DNA of 60,220 nt, counting the filler, from Nemertoderma westbladi (lineage: Eukaryota; Animalia; Xenacoelomorpha): NCBI GenBank assembly GCA_032718475.1. It is 3 parts of 3 records of this genome, joined end to end, with 100 filler letters (N's around TTAATTAATTAA, not from the genome) between each part and the next. Parts side by side here need not be neighbours in the genome. Positions count along the whole stretch, not along the records: positions 38,259 to 60,220 come from JAUCBJ010005231.1; 2 more parts are not named here. One strand, 5' to 3'. Both the position numbers and the translations under genes were made by a program. Of this stretch, positions 46,326 through 59,007 are shown one piece after another. The notes beneath the pieces are model-generated. The model was not told the DNA's origin and did not search any database. It was given only the letters and a program-made list of their open reading frames with translations. Each line of letters starts with the position of its first letter. The first letter of the stretch is position 1.

Positions 46326-47487
46326 CTTTTTTAAAAGTAAATTTTGCAATTTTTGATAATTTTGCCTTTATTACCGTATACTATTTGACCTTAGTAATAA
46401 TGTTAGTAATTTTGTCCGCATTGTTATTATTTTTATTTACTTAAATTAAATTGTTTACCAAATTATTATTTAACTTTTTGTTGTTTATTATGTAGATTTT
46501 CGTTTGAAATTATTGTTACTGATTTTACGATAGTGAAACAATTTCGTAAAAAGGTAGAAAAGTAAAAGTGCGTGCAGTGTTATAATATTTATTGGTTAAT
46601 AAGTCAATATCTTGATGATGGTAGTGTTAATGAGATTCAATTTGTTTTCCTATACAAATTTATAAGAAATTTATTGCGTAGGTTATTTCAAACTTTTTCC
46701 TAGTTGGTGAGCCGCGAAACGGGGTTTAAAGCTTCAAGGTATCATTATTTACATCAATTCAATCTGAATTAACTCGAGGGGGGTGGACAGAGACACCCCC
46801 AGTCATTTTATCACTAGAGACGGCGTTGGGAAGTTTATGTGTCTTTTTTCTCTTAATAATCACATGTCTAGGTCAATAGAACAGTAAAACATTTCTCTTT
46901 GGCCTTCCTACTCTCGATTACAAAGGTCACTTCATCTACTATCTTGTTATTTCTATATTTTTTTTAAATTTCAAAAAAATAGATCTACCCTTGCGAATTT
47001 TGTAATTCCGTTACGAAAATGTTCTATTTTTCTTGGTATTACAAGTTCTACTACCATTAGATATTTAATGTTCAATAATCTCTGCTTGGTTACCAGAGCT
47101 ACCATTTCACCAAGCGGTGGAATATCTGCAACGTCACAGAAGGCTACAAACAGTGTAACGGAATTACATATTTTGGTAACGGAATTACACTGTGTAACGG
47201 AATTACTTATCCCATTGATTAGTTATTTGAATATTGCGGGTTATTTAAATTCAGACGGGGCCCTTGGATGTTCTGCATCACTACTGCATTAAGGTTAGAC
47301 GTTGACATTAGGTCTTGCGAATTAGGTCCAGCGACCTTAGGTCCAATAGATGATAGGTCATGACGTGATGTTATTTTCAGACATTAGGCCCTGCGACGGT
47401 CCTGGTTCTCAAGATCTAATGTCTCAAAGATATTTGGTTGAAAGATATTCCATGTAAAGTCTGACGAGATGTAGGACTACGGTCAGC

Positions 47488-47745
47488 AGATAGGGGGTGG
47501 GGGGGGGGGGGGGGGGGGACTGGAGGCAATAAAAAATCATCACTCTCCAGGGGAAACTGGACGCAAATAACAGTTGATTCCTCTCAAAAATAAAACTGTA
47601 ACCTGTTCTATTGTGTTTAGTTTATTGTTTTGGTAAAATAACGTTCCACTGTAACCTGCTCCTTTCCCTAAATTGAGAATTTAACATTGAGGCGGGATAT
47701 TGATTCGCCAAGGCGGGTTTTGCGTCGAGTCCCCTCCCCCCATCC
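47488..47745 (+). mobile_element. polyG/polyC MITE copy
   Basis: Colinear with 42218-42510. Confidence 0.85.
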
Positions 47746-47794
47746 CCACCCCCACCCACCCTAGCTCACGGTCCGACGGTATCAGTAACGTATT

Positions 47795-47886
47795 GTATAT
47801 ATGTATACATGTATACATAAAGTATATACATGTATACATACAGTATATACATGTATACATACAGTATATATATGTATATGTATGTA
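47795..47886. repeat. AT-rich ~21-bp tandem repeat
   Basis: GTATATACATGTATACATACA units. Confidence 0.8.
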
Positions 47887-48855
47887 TTGTATTTGGTAGA
47901 AACTTTTGCACTGTAATTCCGAGACGTTTATTTACGTTTGGTTTAGTATTTTGGTTACACTCAACTTCAATTAGTTAATCCAATTAAAACTGCCATGCTC
48001 ATGCAATGGTACAAGACATTATAGACATCCTAACAAAACTACCACAGCCAATCAATATCGTTAGTTCTTGAGATTTTAAGGGCAAGGAGCAGGTTACAGT
48101 GACTAGTTATTATAACCAAAACAATAAACAAGAGTCAATAACTAGCACGGGTTATTGCACTATATTTTTGCTAGTAATCAAGTACTCGGCTGTAATTGGA
48201 TGGTTACTGGTAGTTGTATCTCTGTTTTCCTAGGTTGTGGCAGGTCTGTTAGGCTGTCTTCAATGATTTCATGTAATGGTAGCTGGGTAGGCCTATGGCA
48301 ACCCTACACAGCTACATACAGCCCTAACCCGAAGTTAGGCTGCTATAATCGAAGAAATTTTGCTCAAATTCGCAAATTAAAAGTTTTACAGTTTTGCAGT
48401 GTAAATTAGGTTAAAAATTCGCACCGTAATTCCGTGACGTTTAGTTTTGTAATTACCGTTACGATCAGAACTTTGAAACTTAGAAATTGTTAAATTTATT
48501 AATTATAACAGTTTAATGAAAGTGAGCAGCAAATATTAGGAAGTACTACAAGTAAGTTTTACAACTCAAATTTGCATCCAATTCGCAGCAATTCTTGTTT
48601 ACAAAACACCAGTTTTTTTATCTTCGTTTTGCCGTGTAATTACCGTGACGATTTTTTAAACAACAAATATACAGTAATGAAATTAAATTTTGACTAATTT
48701 TTTCGATTTCCATAACTAAATATAGAATTGTCTTTCCCCTCACACCAGTCGCATTGAATATACTTTTGAGGAAGATACATTTCCACCCTTGTGAATCTGA
48801 AAATTACTTGCGAAATGTAATTCCGTTATCGTGGAATTCATGTTTGGGTGCATGT

Positions 48856-49334
48856 TTGGTCAGTTGTAATCAGTAGGAAATTTAAGTTTAGGAAAGTTAT
48901 GTAGGGAATTTTATGTTATTTTTCTCGCGTTGGCTTTTTTCGGACACTTTCTCTATCTACTTTTTAACTACTCGACCGATTTTCGTTCTGTTTGCAGAAT
49001 TATGTAGAGGAATATTCCGCGCAAAAATTATGTTGACAGAATTTTGAAATATTGTTTTAAAGAAAAGTTATGGCATTTTTTGTTTCAAAAATACCGAAAA
49101 ATCGAAAAAAAAATCAAAATTTTCGCGATTTTTTTACACAAAAAATGCCATAACTTTTTGTTCAAACAAATTTCAAAATTATGTAAACACAATTTTTGCG
49201 CGGAATATTCCTCTGCGTAATAATTATGCAAACAGAACGAAAATAGGTTGAGTAGTTAAAAAGTACAGTAGATAGAGAAGTGTCTCAAAAAAAACCAAGG
49301 CGAGGAAATTTTCCTCCTGATTACAACTGACCAA
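48856..49334. mobile_element. Foldback/MITE with ~220-bp inverted arms
   Basis: TTGGTCAGTTGTAATCAG / CTGATTACAACTGACCAA ends; GAGGAATATTCCGCGCAAAAATT, AAAAGTTATGGCATTTTTTGT mirrored. Confidence 0.88.
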
Positions 49335-49899
49335 CAAAAGTGAAAATTTTTAAAAAATTTTCATGATTTTTCATGATCTTCTTTTGCGGTTTTGATGAAC
49401 CACATATTTTGGTTTCTATATTACCTTGTTAATGCCCAAAAAAAGTCTATCAAATTTGAATTTCGTGGAACATATGTTTATTCATGGAAGTTCTGCATAA
49501 ATTTGCATAAAACAAGCCAAACAAAAGGAACAACAGTACTGTAGGGAAGAGTAAGTAGCAAATTAGTGATGTTCCAGAATACGGGAAGGGTCGGCCTTGG
49601 GCCGCATTCCAAACATATGGAAGCCCCCTATTGTTGGATAATTATATTATCCAGTTAACAAAACACAAAAATGTTACACTTTGTTACACTGTTTGTTACA
49701 CTTTTTTTTATCACAAAATTTAATTAAATATCTATATTTAATTTTCCTGTAACTAGGGTTGTTTCATGATTTATTTGTGCCTTTGTTTAATGTTTAACTT
49801 TGAAATGTCTATTTATTCGCTACATACTCAGACTCACATACATATTACTTAGTAGAGCCTAGAAAATGTTACTTTATGCTGTAATGTTTAGAACATGTA

Positions 49900-49984
49900 T
49901 GAACGGGCCCGAGCCGAGCCGGGGCGGGCCGAGACCCAAAGGGCCAGGCCCGGGCCGTGACAAACCGGCCCGTGTCCATCTCTG
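49900..49984. mobile_element. hAT-like terminal fragment
   Basis: GC-rich GGGCC(C)G subterminal motifs ending GTCCATCTCTG. Confidence 0.45.
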
Positions 49985-50086
49985 TGTTACACATTAATTG
50001 CTATATCTCGGTAACCAGAAGTCGTATCCAATTTATAAATATATCAAAAACTTCTCGATATATTAAGGTAATTGATAAAAAAAATA

Positions 50087-51455
50087 TATAGTCATTGGGG
50101 GTAAAAAAACAATTTTCCGTTTTTTGTCAATAAAATTGTTAATATTCAATGGATTTAAATAAATTTGGTATTGTCTGAAAGCTAATCAAAAATGTGATCA
50201 AACAATATCACCTGACATATATTTAAATAAATTATGGTCAAAAAAGTGATGTTTTTTATTTACCCCAAAATGGGGTAAAAAAAAACAAGTGTGGGTAAAT
50301 AAAAAACATAGTTTCAAGTGTGGAATCATCAGCTCAGTAGTATGTAGTCCTACCTAACTGCCCAATCTGATGCCTCTGTTATAATTCACGCAACAACCGA
50401 AGGATCAGGCCGCATATCTGACATGGATTTCGGTGATTGAGGCGGATAGAAACTAATCTGTGGTGAATCGGTTGAATGAAAATTCGATCTACTACTATAA
50501 CTGCTATAGCTGCACATTAAGATGTATGCTGACTTAACAAAAATATTTTTGCCAATGCAGCGTGCATTAAGAATGCTGTGTCGGCTTATCGACAAAATTG
50601 CGCCGCCACAACTCCCTATCACCCGTGACATTTGCTAGATCATCCGCATCTTCAAGGCCAGTGTCCTTTAAGATGCGTCTCAAGAAAGTCATGGGCTGTC
50701 CACCATGCTTATTCACTCCATGAGGCTGCCAAAGTACAAGATTATGCACTGGACGGTCCTCACGGCGAAAACAATGTCCTGCAAAGCGGATGCGGCTTTA
50801 TTTGAAAGTACAATAGTGTGGTCCTTCGTGGTTCCCATACCGGGCTGCCAGCGATCACTGGATTCTGATCTGATTTTAGCCTCGTGCTGCGCGAAGGCCT
50901 TGGTGTTCTATCACACTCAACCTTTGAAACCTGTAACCTCGTAGAAGGTATTCACAGATTATTATACATTGAGCCACCTCACGCATGCTGAGTTCAGTCT
51001 TGTATTGTTCAACAGTGTGAAACGGCTGGCATCAACCTGTTTTTTTTTACCCCACACATACATTTTAGGTGGGTAAAAAAACACGCTGTACAGAGCGAAC
51101 TGGTTGGAATGATACAATGAGACCATTTGTGTTGGAAAGAGCATTGCCACTTTAGTGTTCAGGGAATTGAGACACTACGGTGAATTCGAAGCAACCAATA
51201 GAATTCATGGTTGGGAAATATTGTGGTTGGAACCCTCCACCAGCCAAAATAATAACAACTTGAAATCAGCTGGTTAACAACGTCATATTGTAGGCTGAGG
51301 TGATTTGATTGGATACTGGTTAAGCCAATAAAAAACGCTCTTTCAAATGGTATGTAGTAATTTATCACTTTCTCACGTTTAAGTGAACTTGAGTTATGCA
51401 GTGTTTTTTTATACCCCACAAATCGGTCTGTTTTTTTTTACCCCCAATGACTATA
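50087..51455. mobile_element. Non-autonomous TIR element with nested RTE fragment
   Basis: TATAGTCATTGGGGGTAAAAAAA / TTTTTTTACCCCCAATGACTATA; internal GGGTAAAAA repeats. Confidence 0.8.
50555..50790 (-). mobile_element. 3' fragment of the second RTE family
   Basis: Near-identical to 29590-29803 (HNLVLWQPHGVNKHGGQPMTFLRR). Confidence 0.85.
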
Positions 51456-52116
51456 AAATTCCAATGTAAGGAAATTTCATAATATAAACCACAATATTTG
51501 CGAATGCCAGTTTCGAATGTTTCTACGTTTCTACTGTTATGTTTTTTTTTACTTTACAAGCCCCATTTAATCAAAAAATACTAAAAAAAACTTCAGAAAT
51601 TCAAACACTGAACTATTATTATAGACATTGAACAAACAATAATAATTATTTAAAAACAATTTACTGAAGCGCGGGAAATTTAAAAAGTAAAACAACAACA
51701 AACACAGTTTAATATCGCAATAATTTTTATTGTCCGTTTAAATCCTTTTTTTGTCCTTTTTTTTTTATTTTTTATGTCCTCAAAAAGTCTAATGTTAGGT
51801 TCCATGCTACCGGTTTCTCTACTGCTGTTCTCTCAGGCTATCAGTACCGGTATTAGTATATATAGCACTATTTTGCTGTATTGTATGTACAGATGTAGGT
51901 ATAAAGCAGGTATTTCTGTATTTTAGTACCGGTACCGGCACCGGTACTGCTATAGGCCTACTGTGTAGCCTACCATTTAAATACGGTAATGGTAGGCCTA
52001 CCGGTTGTGCTAATAAATTTTAAATAATTGATAGGCCAAACTGGATTGCAGGATTGTGGAAAATGTGGATATACCTTTCACATAATTTAGGCCTATTACT
52101 GTATTAGTTTTATCGT

Positions 52117-52770
52117 CTCTGTAACCTGCTCCTTTCCCTCAATTAGTTAAATGATCGTTTATTGTTTTGGTTAGAAAATCCCGCCTCTGTAACCTGCCCC
52201 TTTCCCTCAATTAGTTAAATGATCGTTTATTGTTTTGGTTAGAAAATCCCGCCTCTGTAACCTGCTCCTTTCCCTGAATTGGTAAAGTGACCGTTTATTG
52301 TTTTGGTTAGAAAGGCCCGCCTCTGTAACCTGCCCCTTTCCCCCAATTAGTTAAATGATCGTTTATTGTTTTGGTTAGAAAATCCCGCCTCTGTAACCTG
52401 CTCCTTTCCCTCAATTAGTTAAGTGATCGTTTATTGTTTTGGTTAGAAAATTCCGCCTCTGTAACCTGTCCCTTTCCCTCAATTAGTTAAACGATCGTTT
52501 ATTGTTTTGGTTAGAAAATCCCGCCTCTGTAACCTGCTCCTTTCCCTCAATAAGTTAAGTGATCGTTTATTGTTTTGGTTAGAAAATCCCGCCTCTGTAA
52601 CCTGCTCCTTTCCCTCAATTAGTTGAGTGATCGTTTATTGTTTTGGTTAGAAAATCCCGTCTCTGTAACCTGCTCCTTTCCCTGATTTGGTAAAGTGACT
52701 GTTTATTGTTTTGGTTAGAAAACTCGGCCTTAACCTGCTCCTTTCCATCAATTGGTAATTGTTTTTGGCT
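52117..52770. repeat. 68-bp tandem satellite, ~9.5 copies
   Basis: CTCTGTAACCTGCTCCTTTCCCTCAATTAGTTAAATGATCGTTTATTGTTTTGGTTAGAAAATCCCGC at 68-bp period. Confidence 0.97.
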
Positions 52771-53513
52771 ATAAAATGAGTGTTTTGCTACGTCATGTGG
52801 TAATCGATTATCGACAACAACCACAAACTATTAAATATAGAGTCTTTTTACCACAGGCGCATATGGAAATCTATCTCATAGTCTATAAATCATGGAATCA
52901 TGGAATGTTTTGGCACAGGCATAGTGAAATCAACTGTCTGACAGTCCAGAAATCAGCAGTCTGACAGTTTGAAGAAATACATACATAAAAAGTCATTAAA
53001 AGGACAATAAAAGTCATTAAAAGGACAACAAAAGTCATTATGCATAATTCGTAAAAAAAAAATGACAAAAAAAGTCAAATAAAAGGACATAAAAAATCAC
53101 TGCCGTTTAATATTGCACTTGTTTAATACTACTGTATGTGGTACACGGTTACGTTACTACTGTATGTTACGTAACACAGGTTGATTTTACGTCCGCCATT
53201 GTTTAGGAAAATAAGTTGTTTTCAAGTTAGGGAAGTCAAGAACTTCAAGCGACCTACATTGTAAATGAGTTTTTTTAAGTAAAGTATACTGTTAATTGTA
53301 AATCCGCCGATGCGTAACACCGATAAGGCAACCCGAATTGAGTTTCTACTTCCACGGTTTTTAATTGTACGTTGTAGGAGTAGGCCTCTACTTATATTCT
53401 ATGTATATTGTTTTGGTTTTCAAATTTACTTTTAATGGTAGGCCTAGTGGAGTAATTTTGCAATTTCTTAGTTTTTCATATCGTTTCGGTAAAGTAAACT
53501 ACCAGATTTTCGA

Positions 53514-53969
53514 ATGATGGCAACAAATGTTTCTTGCAAGTTTGACGTGTTTGAGAGCCCTGGAAGGTATTACTCGTTCCGTTTGACCTCAGGTATGGAA
53601 CTAAAGTCCTCTATAATAGAAGTAGCAATGTATCACGGTTTACAAGCTGTAGCAGTGGTAACGTGTGTTGGGAGTTTGGAGAAGGCTCAACTACGAATGG
53701 CCAATGCTGAAACTGTCTCAGAACTCACTGGTCCCTACGAGATAGTGTCTCTGGTTGGACGAGTAGCAAGGGACGGACACGCCCATCTACATATGAGTCT
53801 GTCGGATAGTCAAGGGACTGTGGTGGGAGGTCACATGGTCGGAGGATGTGTAGTATATACTACTGCTGAAGTTGTGTTAGTCGAATTAGTGGATGTAGTG
53901 TTTGATAGAACAGCTGTTATCGATCCCGGCAGTGGGTTCAGAGAGTTGTGTATTAGTCGTAGGAATTAA
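53514..53969 (+). CDS. PPC/DUF296-domain protein, single coding exon
   Basis: 151 aa; FRL..G.EL, VVTCVGSL...LRMANA, EIVSLVG, HAHLHMSLSD..G.VVGGH, VYTTAEVV, SGFREL. Confidence 0.92.
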   Translation: MMATNVSCKFDVFESPGRYYSFRLTSGMELKSSIIEVAMYHGLQAVAVVTCVGSLEKAQLRMANAETVSELTGPYEIVSLVGRVARDGHAHLHMSLSDSQGTVVGGHMVGGCVVYTTAEVVLVELVDVVFDRTAVIDPGSGFRELCISRRN

Positions 53970-54339
53970 TTTTAAATATTATAATGTTATATTCATTGAT
54001 ATATATATATATTGATTGATTAATTATACTTACCAATGTTAATGGGATCTTATATTTTGTCTGTGTCCGAGCTAGTGTCTGAATAAACATCTTCAGAAGA
54101 GCTGAGAAGGGTTCGGAGCCAATTAAGTTAAGTTAGGTCTGTTGATCTCGACACGGTCTTAGTTTATAATCATTTCTCTCAGCTTGGGTCTGACGTATAA
54201 ACTGTATTATATTATTCAATATATCGATTGAATGAGTGTTGTAAATCGCATCTTTATCTGGAAAATCCACGCTAAATTAATTAATCGCTTAAATTTGTAT
54301 TAAACAGAACTGCTTACTCTCACCATAACCAGTTTTATT

Positions 54340-54790
54340 GAGTATATCGTTTATTGTTTTGGTTAGAAAACACCGCCACTGTAACCTGTTCCTTTTCCAG
54401 GATTTGTGTAATTTCTATATCGCCGCTGAAACATATTTTCTTCAGGATCGTATATTGTTTTGGTTAGAAAACACCGCTACTGTACCCTGCTTATTTCCCA
54501 TGATTGAGTATCGTTTGTTTTGGTTAGCAAATTTATAGAAAACAAACCGCCGCTATAACCTGTTCCTTTCCCATGATTTAATTTTCTGTATCGAGATCTA
54601 CTATATAATTAAAGTTTTATTAAGTATTGTTTATTGATTTGGTTAGAAAACACAGCCGCTGTAACCTGTTTATTTCCCATGATTGGTATATTTTTTGCAT
54701 CGACCATGTCATCATCAATTTTATTGGGTATCGTTTATTGTTTTGGTTAGAAAACACCGCCTCTGCGACCTGTTACTTTTCCAGGATTTG
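54340..54790. repeat. Degenerate array of the same core as the 68-bp satellite
   Basis: About 5 copies of TATTGTTTTGGTTAGAAAACACCGC..CTGTAACCTG. Confidence 0.85.
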
Positions 54791-54952
54791 TGTAATTTCT
54801 GTATTTCCATGTAACCAGTAGTTTCTTTCCCATTCCCATTCAATGTTTTGTTGGATCTAGTCTGTCTGTCGGATGTCTGCCTGTCTAACAATTTGAAGGA
54901 CAGACCGTCAAACGGAAAAACAGCGATAACTAGAGAAGTAAAAGCGATCCCT

Positions 54953-55215
54953 GGCGAGACAGGGGGGAAACTGGACGCAAAACCGGCTTTGGAGAATTAA
55001 TATCCCCCGCCTCAATGTTAAATTCTCAATTTAGGGAAAGGAGCAGGTTACAGTGGCACGTTATTTTAACCAAAACAATAAACTAAACACAATATATAAC
55101 AGGTTACAATTTTATTTTTGAGAGTAAATAGCTGTTATTTGCGTCGAATTCCCCTGGAGAGGGATGAGTTTTTATTGCCTCCAGTTCCCCCCCCCCCCCC
55201 CTCCCTTATCTGCTC
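54953..55215 (-). mobile_element. polyG/polyC MITE copy (inverted)
   Basis: Reverse complement of 42218-42510. Confidence 0.85.
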
Positions 55216-58200
55216 TAAGCGGTTTAAAGATTTTAAATCCATTAAATCCTTAAAATACTGTATGTGTCACAACCGACTTAATGTTTTGTATGATTTTAGC
55301 CAGTTAATTAAAATCGACATAGTTCAGTTATTAAATCCCTTCAAGTACATACAACTCCAGAGTCGTTCTTAATATTGGATCTCTAAGAACAAGAATTCAG
55401 ACATGTTTAAATAGAACTCCACTCCAAGCATTTTTAACATAGAATCGTAGATAAATAAAAAAAAGGATAGATTTCAGCTGTGTATTTTGATAAAGTTATC
55501 CTCCAGTTACCAGTTGTATAGAAGAAAACGGACCCACAAAGAAAACAACAATGTGACTAAAAAATAATAGTTAAATAAATCCCCACCCATTATTATAAAA
55601 ATAGTTAACTTGTTTTTAACAATCATTGCTTTAATATTAATGGTTCATAATATCCACCAATATATTGATTAGACCTACCAGCAAAACAAAATATTAATAA
55701 TTTGGGATTAATAAACATTTCAAACAAACTAGCAGCTCTGAATGTCGAGATTTCGCATCATTGGGGTTGAAGATAACGGCGAATGCACTAGAAACATTAT
55801 TTAACAGAAAAATAAACCAGATGCCAATAATATAGTAAGTTACATAGAATAACAGCAACAGTTACGGTATAATTTCTACATAAACCAGGTTAAAAATTTT
55901 GTTAGACTTAGATTTGTGTATAAGTAGATAATTAAAGGTATTAATTACCAAAAGACTAGAGAAGTAAATAATATTTGACGATAATTTCTACGACTAGACG
56001 AACAAAAGAAAGAAAAAGTTATATTATTATTATTATTATTATGCTATCTTCGAAATACAATAATGGTAGCTATGGTTACTAGCGATAGTCACATTGGCAA
56101 TAAATGGCGAGAGATAAATTCTTTATCATAATAAAGTTAGCGTCACATAATAATGGGTTCTAAAATGTTAATTTAATAGGTACGAAATGTAATTAATTAG
56201 TTTCTCTGCCATTTGGCGTAGTAGATGTGTTGATTCAGGTAGATCGGTACTAAAACCTACACGAAAATAATCGTAATATTTGGGAGTTATTGCGCATAGA
56301 GCAACATCGAAAGCATCAATGTGAACTTCGCTAACAATATGGGGAAACATAAACAATGGGCAGGCGGTTTACTAACGCTTCGTTAACTCAATTTATAAAG
56401 TGTAATATCAACAATAAGCCGAATGCGAAATAGTGGTAATATAATTTTCGATAAAACCAGTTGTAGTCAATGTATAAATCCATTAATTATTTATATACCA
56501 TGTTTTTTTCCAGAATCCTACATAATTATTGTCAAATGCACAGCGATTAAAATACAATGTAAAGTACAGAAAAATACCTACATTACCAATAATTATAATA
56601 ATACTAAAAATCATAGGCAACAAAGACCATTAAATAGAAAACATAACTAACTGTATTTATAATATATGAAAAAATTAAAGTAACTTAAACACGTAACCCA
56701 GCACATCAGACACAAACGGCATGTGAAAAATAATCTCAAATGAATACAGAGACTGAAATTTACATCGAGGATCAAATATTATTACATTTACTGTTTGAAT
56801 TTATCTACAATCAACACAAAGTCATAAATGTTCAACATCATCAATCGTGCTATAATAGTGCCGCCGCCACGTGGTAGACGGAAACAAAAACAGAAGCACA
56901 ATAATGAAAGAAATTATGAAATCTAACAAATATGATAAAACAAACTTCCCGGGAAATAAGTAATAATTATGGACTGTGTATAACTTAATCGCATACAATA
57001 GATATATTCTAGAATTTGAAGAGTCTGCGGGGGGGGGGGGGGGGGGGGGGGTCGTGACTGGGTTCGGTATGACCTTGTTACGGAACAAACGAGGTGACAA
57101 TTAGGCACAAAACATTTAAATAATTGTGTGTGTCCTATAATTATTATTAATTTACATATTAATTAAGGTATTGAACGAATTACAGTTAGAGAAATTTGAT
57201 ATCATTGTAGAAATAATCTTAAAATTAATAGATTAACAATTTATAATTTTAACGTCAAATTGATAATAATAATACAATAATAATTAATCGTTAAACATAA
57301 CAAGCCTTAGTCGTTATTTAATTGCACCTGCTCATGTAAAGCTGTTTTATAACCATTATTTTAATATCAAGGTAAAGTCGCTACAAGAATTATATACCTG
57401 AATGCCGTTTAGTCTTAGTGAACAAAAGCAACAAATTATTAAATAAATACCTATTTATTTACCTACAATAATATTAAATAACAAGTTTCCATGCAAAAAA
57501 TATAGATTAATAATGAGAGACCTGAGGAGAGGGTACATCCAATATGACTCGGCATGTTAGTGGGGGGTTGGAGATGGAGTAAACATCCTGATTATTTGGG
57601 TCGTTGGTGTTGGTGTGGAAGACTAAACGTTTATTTGTTTGTTAATATTAAGTCTTATGAAACCTGTGCGAGCAGGGATGACGTCACGGGATAGTTGTCC
57701 AATGAGATACAGGATAAAACCAAGGTCGTTTGATCTAATACATTAATCCAACACAAAACTATACACTTACGCTAACTACACCTGGTTCTCTATATGTTTA
57801 CCGGAAATATACTTTTAGGCGAAGGCAAGTTTAACAATTCGGAAAATTCGAGATTAAAATTTCACAAAAAACGGGAGGCGAAATATTTAACCAATCAAAT
57901 TAAACAGAAAGAAAATATACGAGGCATTAAAGAATCAGACCACAAAAAAATTAAACAACAAAACAAAACCCAAACGAAAAAAATAACATAATTGTGAAAG
58001 TGTAACATTAATGCCACAAAGATTTGCACATATTGATAAGTTAGAGTTGATATTAACAAAAAACTAATTAATCAAGAATCTGGGAAAACAAAAAGCATGA
58101 CGTCACTGCGCCTTCATCAATGGAAGAACAATTATTAATATCTAACAATCGTAAATTACTGCATAACGCTAATAATATTAATATTACGGATAATAGTAGT

Positions 58201-58382
58201 AAATAATTATGAATACCACCTCTATACATAGTAAAATATCCCTAGCGCACGATGTGTGGGCGGGTTAGTGCGTGACACACACAGAGACAGGAGGGTACAG
58301 AAAGAGAAAGATCTACCACATTGGCACATTGAGACTGTCTGCTGCGGTTGTTGGCAACCCGGTGTCCATTGGTTGCCAGGGT

Positions 58383-58451
58383 CTAGTTGCTGCTCGTATT
58401 GGATGAAAGCTTAGTTGCGTCACCGCGACATATCGGACAGGTTCGATTTGT
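58383..58451 (-). CDS. RNF38: RNF38/RNF44-like RING-H2 E3 ligase, last coding exon
   Basis: Acceptor GTTGCAG|ACA; TNRTCPICRGDATKLSSNTSSN*. Confidence 0.88.
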   Translation of the reverse strand, partial: TNRTCPICRGDATKLSSNTSSN

Positions 58452-58747
58452 CTGCAACACAAATGGTCACATAATATATTATGTCAGTCACATTCACATG
58501 ACTTTATTGCTGCAGTGTGACAGTCTGACAGTCTGATAATAATTAATATTCCGTTCTTGGCTGTGCGCGGTACATCATTTTAGTGATGGAATTTGGTTAA
58601 AATATTTATATTTTGTATGACTTGATTTATAGTTAACTGTGTTTCAAAATTTGATGGTTGTATTAATGCATCTTCCTGTTCAAATGTTGTAAATAATTAT
58701 TTTTGAAGGTCTAAAATAGCAATAAATAAACTATAAAAAACAATTTA

Positions 58748-58927
<180 letters not shown>

Positions 58928-59007
58928 CTAAGAAATCATAATAAATAGTTTAATTCAAAATTGATTTGTCAAATCGGAATGGATTTTTATGGTATTATTA
59001 GCGGAAT

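Noticed and set aside
50305-50340. Minus-strand CTGATGA...GAAA as another hammerhead
   Set aside because: No stem II pairing (TTCCACACTT) and no stem I/III
52117-52770. Regular repeats as a CRISPR array (also 17142-17355)
   Set aside because: No unique spacers, no cas genes, eukaryotic context
53514-53969. Recent bacterial gene transfer of the PPC/DUF296 gene
   Set aside because: Stand-alone PPC proteins are known in animals, and lack of introns is usual in this window
56168-56356. Protein-like 62-aa minus-strand ORF
   Set aside because: No recognisable motif, flanking frames closed, no clear splice support
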